Positions 62,701-64,000 of a stretch of 64,000 nucleotides of DNA are shown here, piece after piece. Within the stretch, counting starts at the first letter, position 1, and the number at the start of each line of letters is the position of its first letter. The position numbers and the translations under genes were made by a program. The DNA comes from Takakia lepidozioides (Eukaryota > Plantae > Bryophyta), in contig CM060732.1 in NCBI GenBank assembly GCA_030704615.1, positions 25,916,001-25,980,000 on the forward strand, given 5' to 3'. A model generated the notes under the pieces. That model made no database searches, was not told where the DNA came from, and was given only the letters and a program-made list of their open reading frames with translations.

Positions 62701-64000
62701 CATTGTCCACAATAACAATCCACAAGGTCTGGTCTGAACGCTGATAAACTGGTGTGGTTACTCAAGTACCTGAAGTACAGGGCGGTAAACAGCTGATGTG
62801 AGATAAATTCCACGTTCCGGAAGAACAGCACTGGTACCATAACCTTCTTGTGAAACGGTTGAGTTCCGGCGGATGCGACCATGACGTAAGCTATCGCCAC
62901 TTAGCCGGTCATTTGCTTCTACACCATCAAAAACTCATGAGAGTTGGAAAAAGACGAAATACAGGAATTTTTCTAAATCTGTACGTATGTACACAAGCTA
63001 GGCTGCAATTGGTGGACACACACACACTTGATAGGCAATGAATTCATCGAGACTCCAATTCAGGGTGAGGAATTGCCCTGCATCAATACACAGTAAGCCG
63101 CTATGACTTGAGAGCCATCCGTCCAACCATAGATTGTTGTGGGCCTTGGAATGGGATTGTTTGTACATCAGACACATCTAAGACCAATGGACTTTTGCCA
63201 TTTCTAGGGGAATGGCACAAATAGCGCAAACAACAAGTGTCCGTTCAGGACATAGCCAGGTACGTTAGTCTTGGCTATCTACTATGCAGTAGATCTCCCG
63301 TTGTTTACTGCCTTAGAACCAGGTACAGTAGCCTAGCATCTACAAGATAGGGGTTGAATAGCAAACCAGGTAAAGTGAGGACGGTGTCAGTGAAGCGGAA
63401 AGCGAACGACAATCCCTCCTCAGACCCTGTTTTCCTGCAAACACGTACCCTGTCAGTGGTCAACAAATCCCCACCTCTCTTCTGTGGACATAATGGAGTT
63501 TCTATTTGCAATTGCCCAGACCCGGCATCCAACCTGTGTTGGTAATTGCATGTACGTGGCTGTGCAAGTTACATTGAAGGCATATCTTGTGTGCATTTCT
63601 GACCCAACCTCTGCAAGCTGTTAAAAAAAGGGAATAGTTGTGGGGGAAGGAGAGGGAGGTGAGCAAACTTTGTGTCTGTGTCCCCCTCATCCTTTTTATT
63701 TGCTGCGTGACGCTTCCTGCATGGCACCAGAGAGAAGAGAGCAGGTGGGGAACGTGAGACCAACAGAGAGAGTGTGATCAGGTATAGTGGCATCCAACAA
63801 AAAATGCCATTGGATAGATGGGCTCCCCACCAGGCTAAACCAGCTCCAAAAGGTTCCCTGGAACTCTCCTACAAATGTCCTCTGATGCATATACTTTCTG
63901 TTGGGGTGTCTGAGCATGGGCAGTTTGCTAAACTAGCCACAAAAACTGCTTTTGATTCCTTTGAAAACACAGCCGGTGTCAATCACTGCACATTTAATTG
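56766..64000 (-). CDS. SEC8: Exocyst complex component SEC8/EXOC4, 3' portion; 5' exons continue beyond the window
   Basis: Exons encode SEEGLSFAFRFTD (~63400), QEGYGTSAVLPERGIYLTSAVYRPVLQ (~62800), FIENFVKDQFLP, ECLRTLRVEMQLE, DQDAEEPEDFV, QICRNCIALQQ, LDRVRTYFE, YSSLLKVSVPGRE. Confidence 0.92.

Overview
Eukaryotic, intron-rich land-plant genomic DNA (gene set and PPR style suggest a bryophyte, probably a moss; this is inference). Host genes in order: RFC2 (5'-partial), CXIP4, an RCC1-repeat gene, COQ9 head-to-head with VTE6, trehalase, an intronless PLS-DYW PPR gene, an ABC1/UbiB kinase and SEC8 (5'-partial). The standout is a 7.5-kb element at 12314-19840 (minus strand, TG...CA ends, GGGC target duplication). 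Its degraded polyprotein reads zinc knuckles - aspartic protease - DNMT3-like C5 cytosine methyltransferase - RT - RNase H - DDE integrase - PHD finger. It has no ordinary pair of LTRs. Its ends are three repeat blocks arranged A-B-C-gc-A-[ORFs]-B(inverted)-C, with an internal palindromic end-to-end junction. This recalls split-repeat DIRS/PAT termini, but on a Ty3/gypsy-type DDE element. It interrupts a reconstructable exon in a TE-like region that also holds a RING ORF and a hAT fragment. A second accessory zone (40-47 kb) has a foldback element with a nested hAT MITE, a second MITE, a DUF538-like pseudogene fragment and a ~660-bp tandem duplication. All identifications come from motif recognition by eye; no searches were run.
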